Shown: one piece after another, positions 38,001 to 50,765 of the stretch
Layout of the letters: every line of letters begins with the position of its first letter
Numbering within the stretch: the first letter of the stretch is position 1
From: Basidiobolus meristosporus CBS 931.73
Lineage: Eukaryota > Fungi > Basidiobolomycota
Assembly: GCA_002104905.1 (NCBI GenBank)
Contig: MCFE01000004.1
Span: 62,001-126,000 of the forward strand
Direction of reading: 5' to 3'
DNA: 64,000 nt
Position numbers and translations under genes: made by a program
The notes under the pieces: model-generated
Databases searched by the model: none
Told to the model about the DNA's origin: nothing
Seen by the model: only the letters and a program-made list of their open reading frames with translations

Positions 38001-40340
38001 GCAGTGGGTAAGGCTTAAATGACCAGGGTGTGTGGGGCACTGTATGAATCTTGATAGGTTTTTCAATCCAATGTCTTTAAGAGTCCCATCTCCTTGTCAT
38101 TATATGAGAAGACCTTATCATGCCTTTTCAAGGTCTCCTTGAATAATAGTATCTCCTCTGGTGTTAGGTTTCCATCACCAATGATAAGTTGCTTAAGTCT
38201 CTCAGGTGTAAGTCGTATATCATCTGATGTTTCTTCTGGTGGTCTAATGTAATCAGCAGGTCGAGATCCATCAGTCAGTGGGGTAAGTGATGGTCTAATC
38301 TTCTGTTCTACTGTCTTGTATTTTGTTTGAACCATAGCTGTTTGCTCCTGTATACCTAATGAGCAGCTCCAAGTGTTGGGGTGTATATTGTCAGGCTCTT
38401 CATCTTCTTCCATAACAAGATGTGTCTTCTGGCAAGCAGTATGTGTCCTCTTATTGTTGGGTGTTACACCACAGAAGGTTGACTGTAGTCCTGGATTGGA
38501 TCCTTGTATGGTGTACCATACTGACCCATCGGAATAGTTGGTAGTTGTAGCCTTAGTACTGGTTTCCCATGGTCTACCTAGCAGAAGGTCAAAGTTTGCC
38601 TTCTGGCAGATGAAGAGGGGAAGCCAGACCTTGATTCCTTGTACCTCAATAGGGAACTTGTGCACTACACCGTAGAGTGGACTAGATCCTGAGTTTGCAT
38701 CAGTCATGTTCCATCCAATATCTCTATCAACAGGCAGTAGCTCCTTGCTTCTAAGTGTCTTCCAGAAGTCTAGCGGCATAACACAAATCTCTGAGCCACT
38801 GTCAATATGGCAGTCAACAGGGTCATCATATATATATCCTTTCACCACAGCAGTTGCAACTGAGTAAAAGGTCTTATACTCAGTAGTGTTGTCATCTTTT
38901 TGGTGGTCTTCATGGTTTGTGTGAATTATATGGGTGTCCATATGTTCAACAGCTTGTCGTCTTGTTCTAAGCTGCTCATCAAAGGTCTTCCTAACAGATG
39001 GGGATACACTCATGATTTCTCCAACCGACAAAGTGAGGTTCTGCTTCAGCAGCTTCTCAGTAATCAGTTGAGGGCTTGAGTAGCTTGTTATCTTTGAGGT
39101 CATCTGAAAGTGAGGCAATGGATCTTGGGTGGGCAGCATACTAGGCCTCTTGTCAATAACAACTTCAGGTTCTTCAAATCGTGGTCTTCTAAGGATGGGT
39201 TTGGCAGGTTCTTCAGGGAGGTGTCTTTTGGTAGCAAAGGCATCAACTTCATATTGTCTGTTGTCAGAGCTGCTTGGATTCACTTTATGAGTCCCAATAG
39301 GGGCATCAACAGTAATCTTTCTGGTTGCTGAGTCAGATTTCTGGAAAAGGGCTCTCATCCCTCCTCTTCGGAAATTAGTGGGAATCCTTCTTCCTTCCTT
39401 GTCAGCAAGCATTCCATCAGCATCAAACTGTACTGCTCCTTCTCTGAGTAGCTGACTAAGCTCTGAGCATTCTCGTCTGGCATGCTGAGTAGAGTCACAC
39501 CAGATGCAGTGCCTGGGCAAAGGTCTTTGTCCTTCAGTAGGAACCTCAGCTGAGCCATTAATCTTGAGGGCTAGCTTTTGTAACTGTTCAGCAAGTTGGT
39601 CAATTCTGTCGGTAGTGTAGGTCTGATTGTCAGCAGCAGCACTCCTTGGCTCCTTGGTTGGACTGGTCTGGCAGATTAGATGTCAGGAGTCTCATAAAGG
39701 TAGAAGTTTGCTTTGCCTCTAGGAGAACACGTTTCATCTCTGCAAAGCAAGGAATGCCAGACTTGTCATCCTTGGCAGCATGTAAGTCAACTCTCCTTGC
39801 CAAGTCCTGGGGAAGCCCTTGTGCAAGGTAAAGTGTCATGGTAAACTCAGTTATAGCCTGGGACTCTAGGAGTGGCTTGGCCATATCTTCATACTGTTGA
39901 ATGAACTCTTCAAGTGGTAGCTTGGAAAGTCCAGTTCTTCCAAAGTGCCTGAGGTCTTCAATTCCATAGTATATCTGGGGTCTACCATACTCGGTCTGTA
40001 GGTAGGTCTTCATTAAGGCCCAGTCAGTGAGAATGTCTCCTTGTCTGAGAAGCTTAGTGGTAATATCATCGGTGCAGTAGTAGGGGAAGTCTTCAGCCAT
40101 TTCTTGTTCAGATAGGCTGCACATCTTGCAGAGCTTCTCCCATTTGAATATGAAGCTCTCCACATTCTTTCCATCAAACTGTGGGGCTCCATGTGAGAGT
40201 GGTAATGGCATAGAGTTCATTTTTGGGCAGGTATGTTGGTGTTGTAATCTTGGTAATATTGGTAGTCTCTTTTCAATAGGTGGATAACAGCTCAAATCTT
40301 CAGGTAAATCTTGTTGGGTCCTAGGGAGCTTGTATGAACC

Positions 40341-40357
40341 CCCCACGTTGGGTGCCA
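40341..40357 (-). other. gypsy primer-binding site, tRNA-Lys(CUU)-like
   Basis: The plus strand reads CCCCACGTTGGGTGCCA, 4 nt from the 5' LTR. It matches the animal tRNA-Lys1,2 3' end CCCCACGUUGGGCGCCA except for a CpG to TpG change. Confidence 0.8.
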
Positions 40358-43300
40358 ATTATGTGGTGGTGTATAAGTCCAAGGGAGAGATACGTCCAAC
40401 ACTTCTCAAGTGTTTTGTGTGTGGGGTGTTCACTGGGTGCGATAACCTCTGGCAAAAGCTTGCTAGGAATACTTGGGTTCTGTCTCTAATCTAATGTGAA
40501 GGGGAATAAAGCCACAAGCTTGTCAAGGGAAAACTATTGAGCTACAATCCCCAACTTAGTTGGCGTCTTAACAAAAGTATGTGCTGGGTTCAGCGTCCTT
40601 TGAGATGACAATGTACTAAAGCTTCCAAAGTCAAAACAACTGTAAACTCCACCAGCAGGGACTTGATAAGAATGCAGCTTTGGTCAATAGTTACAAAGAC
40701 AGAAAAGTATCTTTGCCTGTACAAGAACAAACTTGGGAAAGAATCAAATATAATAAAAGATACCTACTCTGAGTATTCCTCACAAGTAGTGCCTCCAAGG
40801 TCAGTTGGCTGTCAGCGCGGTTTCCTGGGAGTGTCCTGTGGTCTAGGGTTGGAAGTTCAGGTAGCAGCAGGTAGCAGTGATCACACTAATCAACAAGTCG
40901 GTATATTGATAAAAGGGATGATGATTTATTGTTGAGGGATAGCCTCCCTTATATACTTTTCTCACTGGCTAAGTGATTACTAATCATGGTGTTCCAGAAG
41001 GTTCCGGAGATCAATAGAAATCTTAATGACATCAGAATGACCTAAGAATGTTCTAAGTAGGTGCCGGAAGGTTCTAAGAGGCACAGCACATCCAACCAAT
41101 CAGGAATCAGTATTCTGAAACCTGCGTAACATGGGGATACCATATATGGTATGGAAATGGTAGGGATGGTGACACGGGCTGATCATGTGTCACGGGTACT
41201 GGCGCGGGTACTTGCCTAATATAGAAGTACTTATAGCTAGTAATCTTACATAAAGTGAGGGTTAACTTATGCAATAAGGTAAGCATGTGTGATAGTCAAC
41301 CGGCTTATGGGATAGTACTGATTGGGTAAGACAAATGGGATAAAACTAAAATAAGTGTAGTAGAGATATAGGGAAGTAGAAAATAAGGGAATGAGCACAT
41401 CTGTCAGTGGGTGTCACTGTCACCCCACTACAACGGTTGGTTGCTTCTTGAATTCCATGAATTGCTCCTTTACAGTAAGAAAGGTGTATCCTGTAGTGGA
41501 TCTTCTGTCTTCCAAATTTTGTCCCAATCAGCATCAGAGTATCCACAAGATCTTGTTCTGATCCTCAAAGTGTATCTTAAGCAGATATCAGCAGCTCCTT
41601 TTAGTATCTAAAATCCGCTTAACTGCTGCAATATGATCAGATCCATAATTCTGATTATGTTAGCTGACAACTCCACCAAATATGAGATATCTGACATGTT
41701 CAAGCATGATATATATCAAACTACAAACGTAGATTGATAAGGAAAGTCAGGCTTTCAGATGGCACAAGCTCTCTTGATTTGGTTGAGTTTTGTCAAGTTA
41801 AGGTTTGTCTCCGTTGGGTAGCTGCAGTTTACAGTCTTCATTTTGTACTTCTTTAGTATATCTTGAATATACTTGGATTGGCTTAGGGTAATAGTCTGGG
41901 TACTTCTGTCTATGGAGAACTTAATCCTAAGTAGTAACTAAGTTCTCCTAGATCGGACATCTTGAACTCCTTAGATAGGCTGGATTTAGTCTCTTCCAAT
42001 GTTTCTAGGTTACTGGTGGCTATAATAAGATCATCCACATATAGAGCTAATAGAACTGGATTTGCTCTATCTGGCTTGTATGTATATACTATAGTCAGCA
42101 TTACTTCTTTTGAAACTCAAAGATTCCAAATAAGAATCTATCCTGCAATTCCAGGCTCTTGGTGATTGTTTGAGACCATATAGTGACTTTTTAAGCTTGC
42201 AGACCAAATGGGTGTTATCTTGGTCCAACAAACCCATCAGGCTGGTCCATATACATGTCCTCATCAAGTTCTTCATTCAAGAATGCAGTTTTTACATCCA
42301 TTTGATGAATAAAAAACTTATATTTGGCTGCAATAGCCAATATTAATCTGATGGAATTAAACTTGGCTACCAGTGCAAAGGTCTCAGTATAGTCAAGTCC
42401 TTTTGTTTGAGAGTATCCTTTGACTACAAGTCTTGCTGTTGTATCTTTCAATTGTACCATCAGCCGTGTATTTTGTCTTGAAGACCCATCCGCATCCAAT
42501 TGATTTTTGGTTGATTAGTAATTTGACTAAGTCCCAAGTTTGATTTTCCATCAGTGCCTGATATTCCTCAGTCATTGCAAATCTCCAAAACTTTGCCTGA
42601 GGGCTATTTAGGGCCTCTTTTACAGTCTGGGGCTCATCAACATGGACTGAATAGGCTTAGGCTAAGTTTGTACCCTCATTGATATAGTAATTTGGGCTAT
42701 TTCATGTCCAATTGGATCTCCAGGCATCTGATACTGGAATGATCACTTTTGGGATATTCCTGGGCACTGCTTCTGGCTGAACCATGGCTGTAGAGTCCTC
42801 TGGAGTGAAAAAATTTCATTGTTTTGCTTTGATTCAATCCTAACAATTGGTGGACTTGAGATCAAATTTTTGTCATCACCTGATGTATTTTTTGTGAAAA
42901 TTTGCATTTTCATCAAACAACACATCCCTGGACCTGATTGGCTTCTTTGCTTTGGTATTGTAGAGTCTGTATGCCTTACTCTTGTTGCAGTAGTCCAAGA
43001 ATATGCATTTTACACTTTTTGGTTCAAGTTTTGACTGATTTCCGGCCAGTTTTTTGGCATATGCTGTACATCCAGATATTTGTAGATGTTCTGCGCTTGG
43101 TCTGTATTCATGCCATGCTTCAAATGGAGTAGAATCACAAAGTATTCTGTTATAACTCCTATTTTTAAGGTATACAGCAGTGGCAAATGATTCTGCCCAA
43201 AAATCATTGGATAATTTTTGATCATGGATCATAGATCTTGCCATATCAATTATTGATCTGTTAGCTTGTTCTGCTACTCCATTTTGCTGTGGGGAGTATG

Positions 43301-46300
43301 GTGCAGTAGTCTCTTACTTTATCCCATGAATTTTGCAGAAGTGGTTGAAGAGTTTTGAGGTATATTATCCACCATTGTCAGAGTGTATTTTCTTGATTTT
43401 ATCACCAGTTTCTCTCTCCACCATGGCTTTAAACTCCCTGAGCTTAGACAGAGCTTCTTCCATTCTCTCCATGAAGTAGACCCATGTGTATCTTGTATAA
43501 TCATCAATAAAAGTGATCAAATACTTCATCCTGCCTAAGGATAAATTTTGCACAGGTCCACACAGATCTGAGTGAGTTAGATCTAATTTTTTCTTAGTTT
43601 TGATTAACCCAGAGCTCTTGAACAGTTGTCTGGCTTGTTTCCCATATATGCAGGCAGCACTGTGCTCAAAATTAGCTGGGGGATTAATTTCACTCCAGAA
43701 ATTAGCTGATCTTTGATCATTTTACGCAAATAATCAAAATTGATGTGTCCAAATCTCCTGTGCCAAAGCATTGGTGTTTCTTCATTTAAGATACTTATAG
43801 TGGATTCCAAATGTGATGGAATATAAGTCAACTTGTATAGATTCTGATCTCTAATGCCCACAGCAATATGGGCACCATTTTGATCAGTGATCCTGCATCC
43901 AGAATTGTCAAAACTGAAACTGAGTCCTTCTGCTGTGGCCTTGCTTACAGAGAGTAGGTTCTTGGCTATTTCTGGTACATAGAGTACTTCTTTAAAGGTC
44001 AGTGTATGACTTCCTTCACTGCTTGTAAGGTTTACTTGGATAGTTCCTTCTCCCACTGCATCAAGTGTTCTATTGTCACCCATGAAAACCTTCTCAATTG
44101 GATTTTCTTGATATGGGGTAAAAAGTTCTTTTTGGTGTGTAAAGTGCTGAGAAGCTCCAGAGTCAATATGCTACATCTGAGAATTCTTGTTTGTGGTCAT
44201 ATTTAGTGTAGATATGAATAGTCTATCTTCAGATGTGGCAGCATTTCCATATTCAGGCTTCTTTTGCTGATAATCTCTCTTTTTGAGACACTGGTCTGAT
44301 GTGTGTCCTTTCCTTTGGCAGTAGTGGCAAAATAGGTTGCTGTTGCCTTTGTAGGGTCTTGGTACCTCCTTTGTTGGTTATCATTGCTTATTAAAGCATT
44401 TTCTTCTCCCTTCTTATTGGCACTTGATTTTCTTAATTCTTCATCCAGGAGCCTTTCATATAAGTAATTTAAGGTCAAATCCTCAGTTCTGGACTCTAGG
44501 GCTGATACAAGGCCCTGAAGCTCATCTGTCAGGCTATTCAGGATGGTAACTATCACATTCTCATCAGTAGTTGGTATGTCCACAGATTCCATCTCATCTA
44601 CCAGCAGGGTAATTCTGTTAATTAGATTTTTCATTTCTCTCCTGGCAGCATCTTTGTAGTAAAGATTTTTTGTCTCAGATACATTTTCTTGGTAGCTGAA
44701 CATGACTGGTAGGTGTCTTCTAATGCTTTCCAGGCATTCTTTGCTGTTTTTGCTCTTGAGCATTGAATTAGCAATTTGTCCATGACATTAAGGCAAATGC
44801 AGTTAAAGGGACTTTGTTCTTTCTTCTGGTACTTTAAGGCTTCCTCTCCCACATTTTTGGGAGGGCATTCTTCTCCCATGAAAATATCCCAAAGGCCTCT
44901 TTCTTGTAGCAGTATCTTCATTTTCACCTTCCACACTTGGTAGTTGGAGCCATCCAACTATTCAGCAGAGGGAAAATTCCAGTAATAGCAGTAGTAGACA
45001 TTGCCGAGAGTGACAGTTTGAGGCTCATAACCTGTTGTAAGAGTCTTGGAGGTATTGGAAGTGATTGGGAGAGCAAGTAGATAATGTGGTTTCACTTAAT
45101 GATTTACTGAATGCAAAAGTAATATTTATACTTTTACCTGGTCTTGGCATTACAAACACATATAATAGGCTAAGGAAGGTCCCAAGAACATGTGTGCAAA
45201 GTTTGGGGCTGTTTGGACAACTTTGAGAATTTTCATGTTCTGGGTACCTGGTATTTTGGTGAAAATATTCTAAGTAAATCCTGACAAGGAATTTGGTCAG
45301 TATTCTCTAAGATTTGACGGTAATGATCTAAGTGACTAAGTTAGGTGAATATTTAGGTGGAATTACAAATTTTTACAACACCATATATGTAATTTAAGGT
45401 CAAATCTTCAGCTCTGGACTCTAGGGCTGATACAAGGCCCTGAAACCTGTCTGTCAGGCTATTCAGGAGGTAACTATCACATTCTCATCAGTAGTTGGTA
45501 TGCTCACAGATTCCATTTCATCTACCAGCAGGGTAATTCTGTTAATTGGATTTTTCATTTCTTCTCCTGACAGCATCTTTATAGTAAAGATTTTTTGTCT
45601 CAGATACATTTTCTTAGCAGCTAAACATGACCGGTAGGTGTCTTCTAATGCCTTCCAGGCATTCTTTGCTATTTTTGCTCTTGAGCATTGAATTACCAGT
45701 TTGTCCTTAACATTAAGGCACATGCAGTTAAAGGCACTTTGTTCTTTCTTCCGGTACTTTAAGGCTTCCTCTCCCACATTTTTAGGAGGGCATTCTTCTC
45801 CCATTACTATATTCCAAAGGCCTCTTTCTTGTAGCAGCATCTTCATCTTCACCTTCAACACTTGGTAGTTGGATCCATCCAACTTTTCAGCAGAGGGAAA
45901 AATTCAGTAATAGCAGAAGTAGACATTGCAGGGAGTGACAGCTTGGCACTCATAACCTGTTGTAAGAGTTTTGGAGATATTGGAAGTGATTGGGAGAACA
46001 AGTAGATTATGTGATTTTCACTTAATGATTTATTGAATGTAAAAGTAGTATTTATACTTTTACCCAGTCTTAGCATTACAAGCACATAGGTTAGGTTAAG
46101 GAAGATCCCAAGAACAAGTGTACAAAGCTTGAGGCTGTTTGAACAACTTTGAGAATTTTCATGTTCTGGGTACCTGGAATTTTGGTGAAAATACTTTAAG
46201 TAAATCCCAGCAAGGAATTTGGTCAGTTTCTCTAGGATTTGAAGGTAATGATTTAAGTGACTAAGTTAGGTGAATATTTATGTGGAATTACAAATCTTTA

Positions 46301-46305
46301 CAACA

Positions 46306-49300
46306 ATTATGACCTACAATAATCAAGCCTGTCTCTGGCTAATGGTTTGGTCAATATGTCTGCAATCACTTCATCTGAGGGACAGTAAACTAAGCCAACT
46401 AAGTTTTTCTCTATAGCTTCACAACTGAAATGATGTCTGATATTGACATACTTAGTTCTAGAATAAAAAGCTGTATTTCTATCTAATTGTATACATCCCT
46501 GACTATCTTGAAATAGAGTAATAGGTGTGTCTTAACATAGCCCTAAATCAGTAAAAAGCTTTCTTAACCACATTGCTTCTTTTGTAGCTCACAGGCTGCC
46601 ATATACTCTGCCTCTGTGGTAGAAAGTGCTACGGTTGGTTGCTTCCTTGAGCTCAATGAAATTGCCCTTCACAGTAAAGAAAGGTGTATCCTGTGGTAGA
46701 TCTTCTGTCTTCCAAATTTTGTCCCCAATCAGCATTGGAGTATCCCACAATATCCTGTTCTAAATCCATCTAAGTGTATCTTAAATAGTTATCAGCAGCT
46801 TATTTTAGGTATCTAAAAATACGTTTTACTGCTGCAATATGATCAGATCCATTGTTCTAATAATGCTGGCTGACAACTCCCACTGAATATGAGATATCTG
46901 GATGTGTTGTAAGCAAGATATACATCAGACTACCAGCCATAGATTGATAAGGAAGGTCAGGGCTTTCAGATGGCACCAAGCTCTCTTGATTTGGTAGAGT
47001 TTTGACCAAGTGAAGGTTTGTCTCCATTAGGGTAGCTACTGGTTTACAGTCATCCATTTGATACTTCTTTAAAATATCTTGAATATACTTGGAGTGGCTT
47101 ACAATGATAGTATGGGTACTTCTGTCTAAGAAGAACTTAATCACTAAGTAGTTACTGAGTTCTCCTAGATTAGACATCTTGAACTCCCTAGATAGGCTGA
47201 ATTTAGTCTCTTCCAATGTTGCTTGGTTATTGATGGCTATAATAAGATCATCCACATAAAGGGCTAATGGAACTGGATTAGCTCTACCTGGCTTATAGTA
47301 TGTACTATAGTCAGCATTACTCCTTTCAAAACTCAGAGATTTCAAATAAGAATCTATCTTGCAATTCCAGGCTCTTGGTGATTATTTGAGACCATACAGA
47401 GACTTTTTAAGCTTGCAGACCAAATGGGGGATATCTTTGTCAGCAAACCTATCAGGCTGGTCCATATATATGTTGTCATCAAGTTTTCTGTTCAAAAATG
47501 CCACTTTTATGTACTTTTGATTTATGAAAAATTTATATTTGGCTGCAATAGCTAATAGACTTGTTCCATCATTCCAGCTGATCATAGTGCCCAATAGTGC
47601 CATAGCATGCCAGATGATGCCTGATCATGCCACAGGGTGCCAGATGGTGCCATACAGTGCCAATTTGGGATCAAAATTGACATGCATATGACCCTAAAAT
47701 ATCAAATTAATAACAAAATATACAACACTTTCTGGCACTATGATCAATGGCACAATGGAACAAGTCTAATATCAATCTGATGGAATTAAACTTGGCTACC
47801 TGTGCAAAGGTCTCAGTATAGTCAAGTCCTTTTGTTTGAGAGTAACCTTTGGCCACAAGTCTTGCCTTGTATCTTTCAATTGTACCATCAGCTTTGTATT
47901 TTGTCTTCAACAACCATCTGCATCCCTTAATTTTTGGTTGATTGGTAATTTGAACAAGTCACAAGTCTGATTTTCCATCAGGGCTTGATATTCCTCAGTC
48001 ATTGCAGATCTCCAAAACTTTGTCTGAGGGCTATTTAGGGCCTCTTTTACAGTTTGAGGCTCATCAATGTAAATTGAATAGGCATAGGCAAAGTTTGTAC
48101 CCTCATTGCTACAGTAATTTGGGCTATTTCTTGTCCCATTGGATCTCTGGGCATTTGATACTGGAATGACCACTTCTGAGATATTCCTGGGCACTGATTC
48201 TGGCTGAACCACAGCTGTAGAGTCATCTGGAGTTAAAAAGTCTTCATTGTTTTGCTCTGACTTAATCCTGACTCTTGGTGGACTTGGGATCAGGTTTTTG
48301 TAATCATCTGGTGTCATTTTTTGAGATAGTTTGAATTTTTGTCAAACAACACACCATTGGACATGATCAGCATCTTTGCTTTGGTATTGTAGAGTCTGTA
48401 TGCCTTACTCTCATTGCAGTAGCCCAAAAATATGCATTTTACAATTTTTGGCACAAATTTTGACTGACTTCCGGGCAGTTTCTTGGCACATGCTGTACAC
48501 CCCAATATTCTTAGATTTTCTGCACTTGGCCTGTATCCACACTATGCTTCAAATGGAGTAGAATCACAAAGTATTATATTATAACTTCTATTTTTAAGGT
48601 ATATGGTAGTGGTGAGTGATTCCACCCAAAAATCATTGGATAATTTTTGATCATGGATCATCAATCTTACAATATCAATTATTGATCTGCTTGCATGTTC
48701 TGCTACTCCATTTTGCTGTGGAGAGTATGGTACAGTACTCACTTGCTTTATCCCATGAGCTTGCAGAAGTGGATGAAGAGTGTTGATGTATATTCTCCAC
48801 CATTGTTGGAGCATATTTTCATGATTTTTTCACCTGTTTCTCTCTCCACCATGACTTTAAGCTCCATGATCTTAGACAGAGCTTCTTCCATTCTCTCCAT
48901 GAAGTAGACCCACTTGTGTCTTGTATATAAATAAGTAAACATGATTAAATACTTCTTCCCACCTTAGGATATATATTACATAGGTCCACACAGATCTGAG
49001 TGAGTTAGATTTACTTTTTTTATGGTTTCTATTAACCCAGGGCTCTTGAATGATTGTCAGGTTTGTTTCCCATATTTGCAGGCTTCACAGTGATTCAAAT
49101 AAGCTGGGGGATCAGTTTTTACTCTGGAAATTAGTTGGTCTTTGATCATTTTGATCAAATATCAAAGTTGATGTGCCCAAATCTCCTATGCCAAATCATT
49201 GATGTTTCTTCATTCCAGTTACTTATATTGGCTCCCAGATATGTTGGAATATATGTCAGCTTGTATAGATTCTGATTCCTGATACCCAAAGTACTATGGG

Positions 49301-50765
49301 CACCATTCTGATCAGTGATCCTGCATCCAGAATTGTCAAAGCTGAAACTATTTCTGGTACATAAAGAACTTCTTTAAAGGTTAGTGTATGGCTTCCTTCA
49401 CTGCTTCTAAGGTTTAGTTGGATGGTTCCTTCTGCCACTGCAACAAGTGTTCTATTGTCACCCATGAAAACCTTCTTATTTGGAATTTCTTGGTATTGGG
49501 TAATAAGTTCTTCTTGATGTGTAAAGTGTTAGGATGCTCCAGAGTCAATATACCACATCTGAGAATCCTTTTTTGTGTTCATATTTTGTGCAGTTATGAA
49601 TAGTCTATCTTCAGTTGTTGCAGCATCTCCGTATTCAGGCTTCTTTTGATGATTATCTCTCTTTTTGAGACACCAGTCTGAAGTGAATCCTTCCCGTTTG
49701 CAGTAGTTGCAAAACAGGTTGTTTTTGCCTTTGTAGGGTCTTGGGTATGTCCTTTGTTGGTTATCATTGCTTATTAAAGCATTTTCTTCCTCCTTTTAAT
49801 TGGCACTTGATTTTCTTAATTCTTCACCCAGGAGCCTTCCATATATATAACTTAAGGTCAATTCTTTTGTTCTGGCTCTTAGGCTGATACAAGGCCCTAA
49901 AACCTGTCTTCCAGGTAATTCAGGATGGTAACTATCACATCCTGATCAGTAGTTTGTACACCTACAGATTCCATCTCATCTAACAGCAGGGTTATTCTGT
50001 TGATCAGATTTTTCATTTCTTCTCCTGGCTGCATGTTTGTAGTAAGTAGTTTTCATCCCAGATACACTTTCTTAGCAGCTGAACATGACTGGTAGGTGTC
50101 TTCTAGTGCTTTCCAGGCATTCTTTGCTTCTTCTGCTCTTGAGCATTGAATTAGCAACTTGTCTTTGACATTAAGGCAAATGCAATTAAAGGCACTTTGT
50201 TCTTTCTTCTGGTACTTTAAGGCTTCCTCTCCCATGTTCTTGGGAGGACATTCTTCTCCCATGACAATATCCCAAAGGCCTCTATCTTGTAGCAGTATCT
50301 TCATCTTTGCCTTCCACACTTGGTAGTTAGATCTATCCAACTTTTCAGCAGAGGGAAAAATTCTAAAAATAGCAGTAGTAAGCATTGCAGAGAGTGACAG
50401 CTTGGAGCTCATAACCTGTTGTGAGAGTCTTGGAGATACTGGAAGTGATTGGGAAGACAAGTAGATTATGTGGTTTTTGCTTAATGATTTATTGAATGCA
50501 AAAGTAGTATTTACACTTTAACATGGTCGTGGCATAACAAACACATAGAACAGGTTAAGGAAGGTCCCAAGAACCTGTGCACCTAGTTTGAGGCTGCTTG
50601 TACAACTTCAAGAATTCTCATGCTCAGGGTAGCTGGTATTTTGGTGAAAATCTTTTAAGTGAATTCCAACTAGGATATTACTCAGTATTCCCTAGGATTT
50701 GTGGGTAAAGATCTAAGTGACCAAGCTAGGTGAATATCTAGGTGGAATTACAAATTTTTACAACA
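46306..50765 (-). mobile_element. decayed copia copy D (5' LTR 50417-50765; 3' LTR missing where A inserted)
   Basis: RNase H, RT, integrase and gag remnants at 46306-50400, PBS GGTTATGAGCTCC next to 50417, and a MITE inserted at 47557. Confidence 0.88.
47557..47767 (+). mobile_element. 211-bp MITE, 13-bp perfect TIR, 3-bp TSD AAT
   Basis: AGACTTGTTCCAT...ATGGAACAAGTCT. Removing it and one AAT restores the copia RT sequence gctaatatcaatctgatgg. Confidence 0.88.

Larger units (their letters stand above)
34254..41432 (-). mobile_element. young Ty3/gypsy LTR retrotransposon (7179 bp), no chromodomain
   Basis: 1071-bp LTRs at 34254-35324 and 40362-41432 (2 differences seen). PBS TGGCACCCAACGTGGGG, PPT gagaggggggtgga and 4-bp TSD ATGG/ACGG. 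Order gag, CIWCDSTQHARREC knuckle, protease DSGS, RT (YDLYSGYDQI, FVDD), RNase H, integrase (HHCC, DDE, GPY). Confidence 0.97.
33538..45380 (-). mobile_element. copia element C inserted in gag of A; itself interrupted by the gypsy element
   Basis: LTRs 33538-33886 and 45033-45380, perfect TSD CCATA (33533-33537, 45381-45385), PBS GGTTATGAGCC and PPT next to 33886. RNase H is split at 34253/41433. Confidence 0.93.
24955..46305 (-). mobile_element. copia copy A (composite host): 3' LTR 24955-25286, 5' LTR 45958-46305; contains copies B and C
   Basis: PPT (agctgagtgggag) next to 25286. RNase H/RT at 25298-26760, integrase/protease at 31659-33537 and gag at 45386-45950, with the PBS adjacent to 45958. 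Flanks do not match (TGAGC vs ATTAT). Confidence 0.75.

Noticed and set aside
39630-39690. Programmed +1 frameshift between gypsy gag and pol
   Set aside because: No Ty1 (CTTAGGC) or Ty3 (GCGAGTT) slippery site, and the zinc knuckle lies downstream of the break. A 1-nt insertion is more likely.
40341-40357. tRNA gene
   Set aside because: Only the 3' 17 nt match, so this is a primer-binding site. I saw no complete tRNA or rRNA gene in the window.
47581-47665. CRISPR-like repeat-spacer array
   Set aside because: 4-nt repeats with 6-nt spacers inside a TIR element in a eukaryote, with no cas genes.
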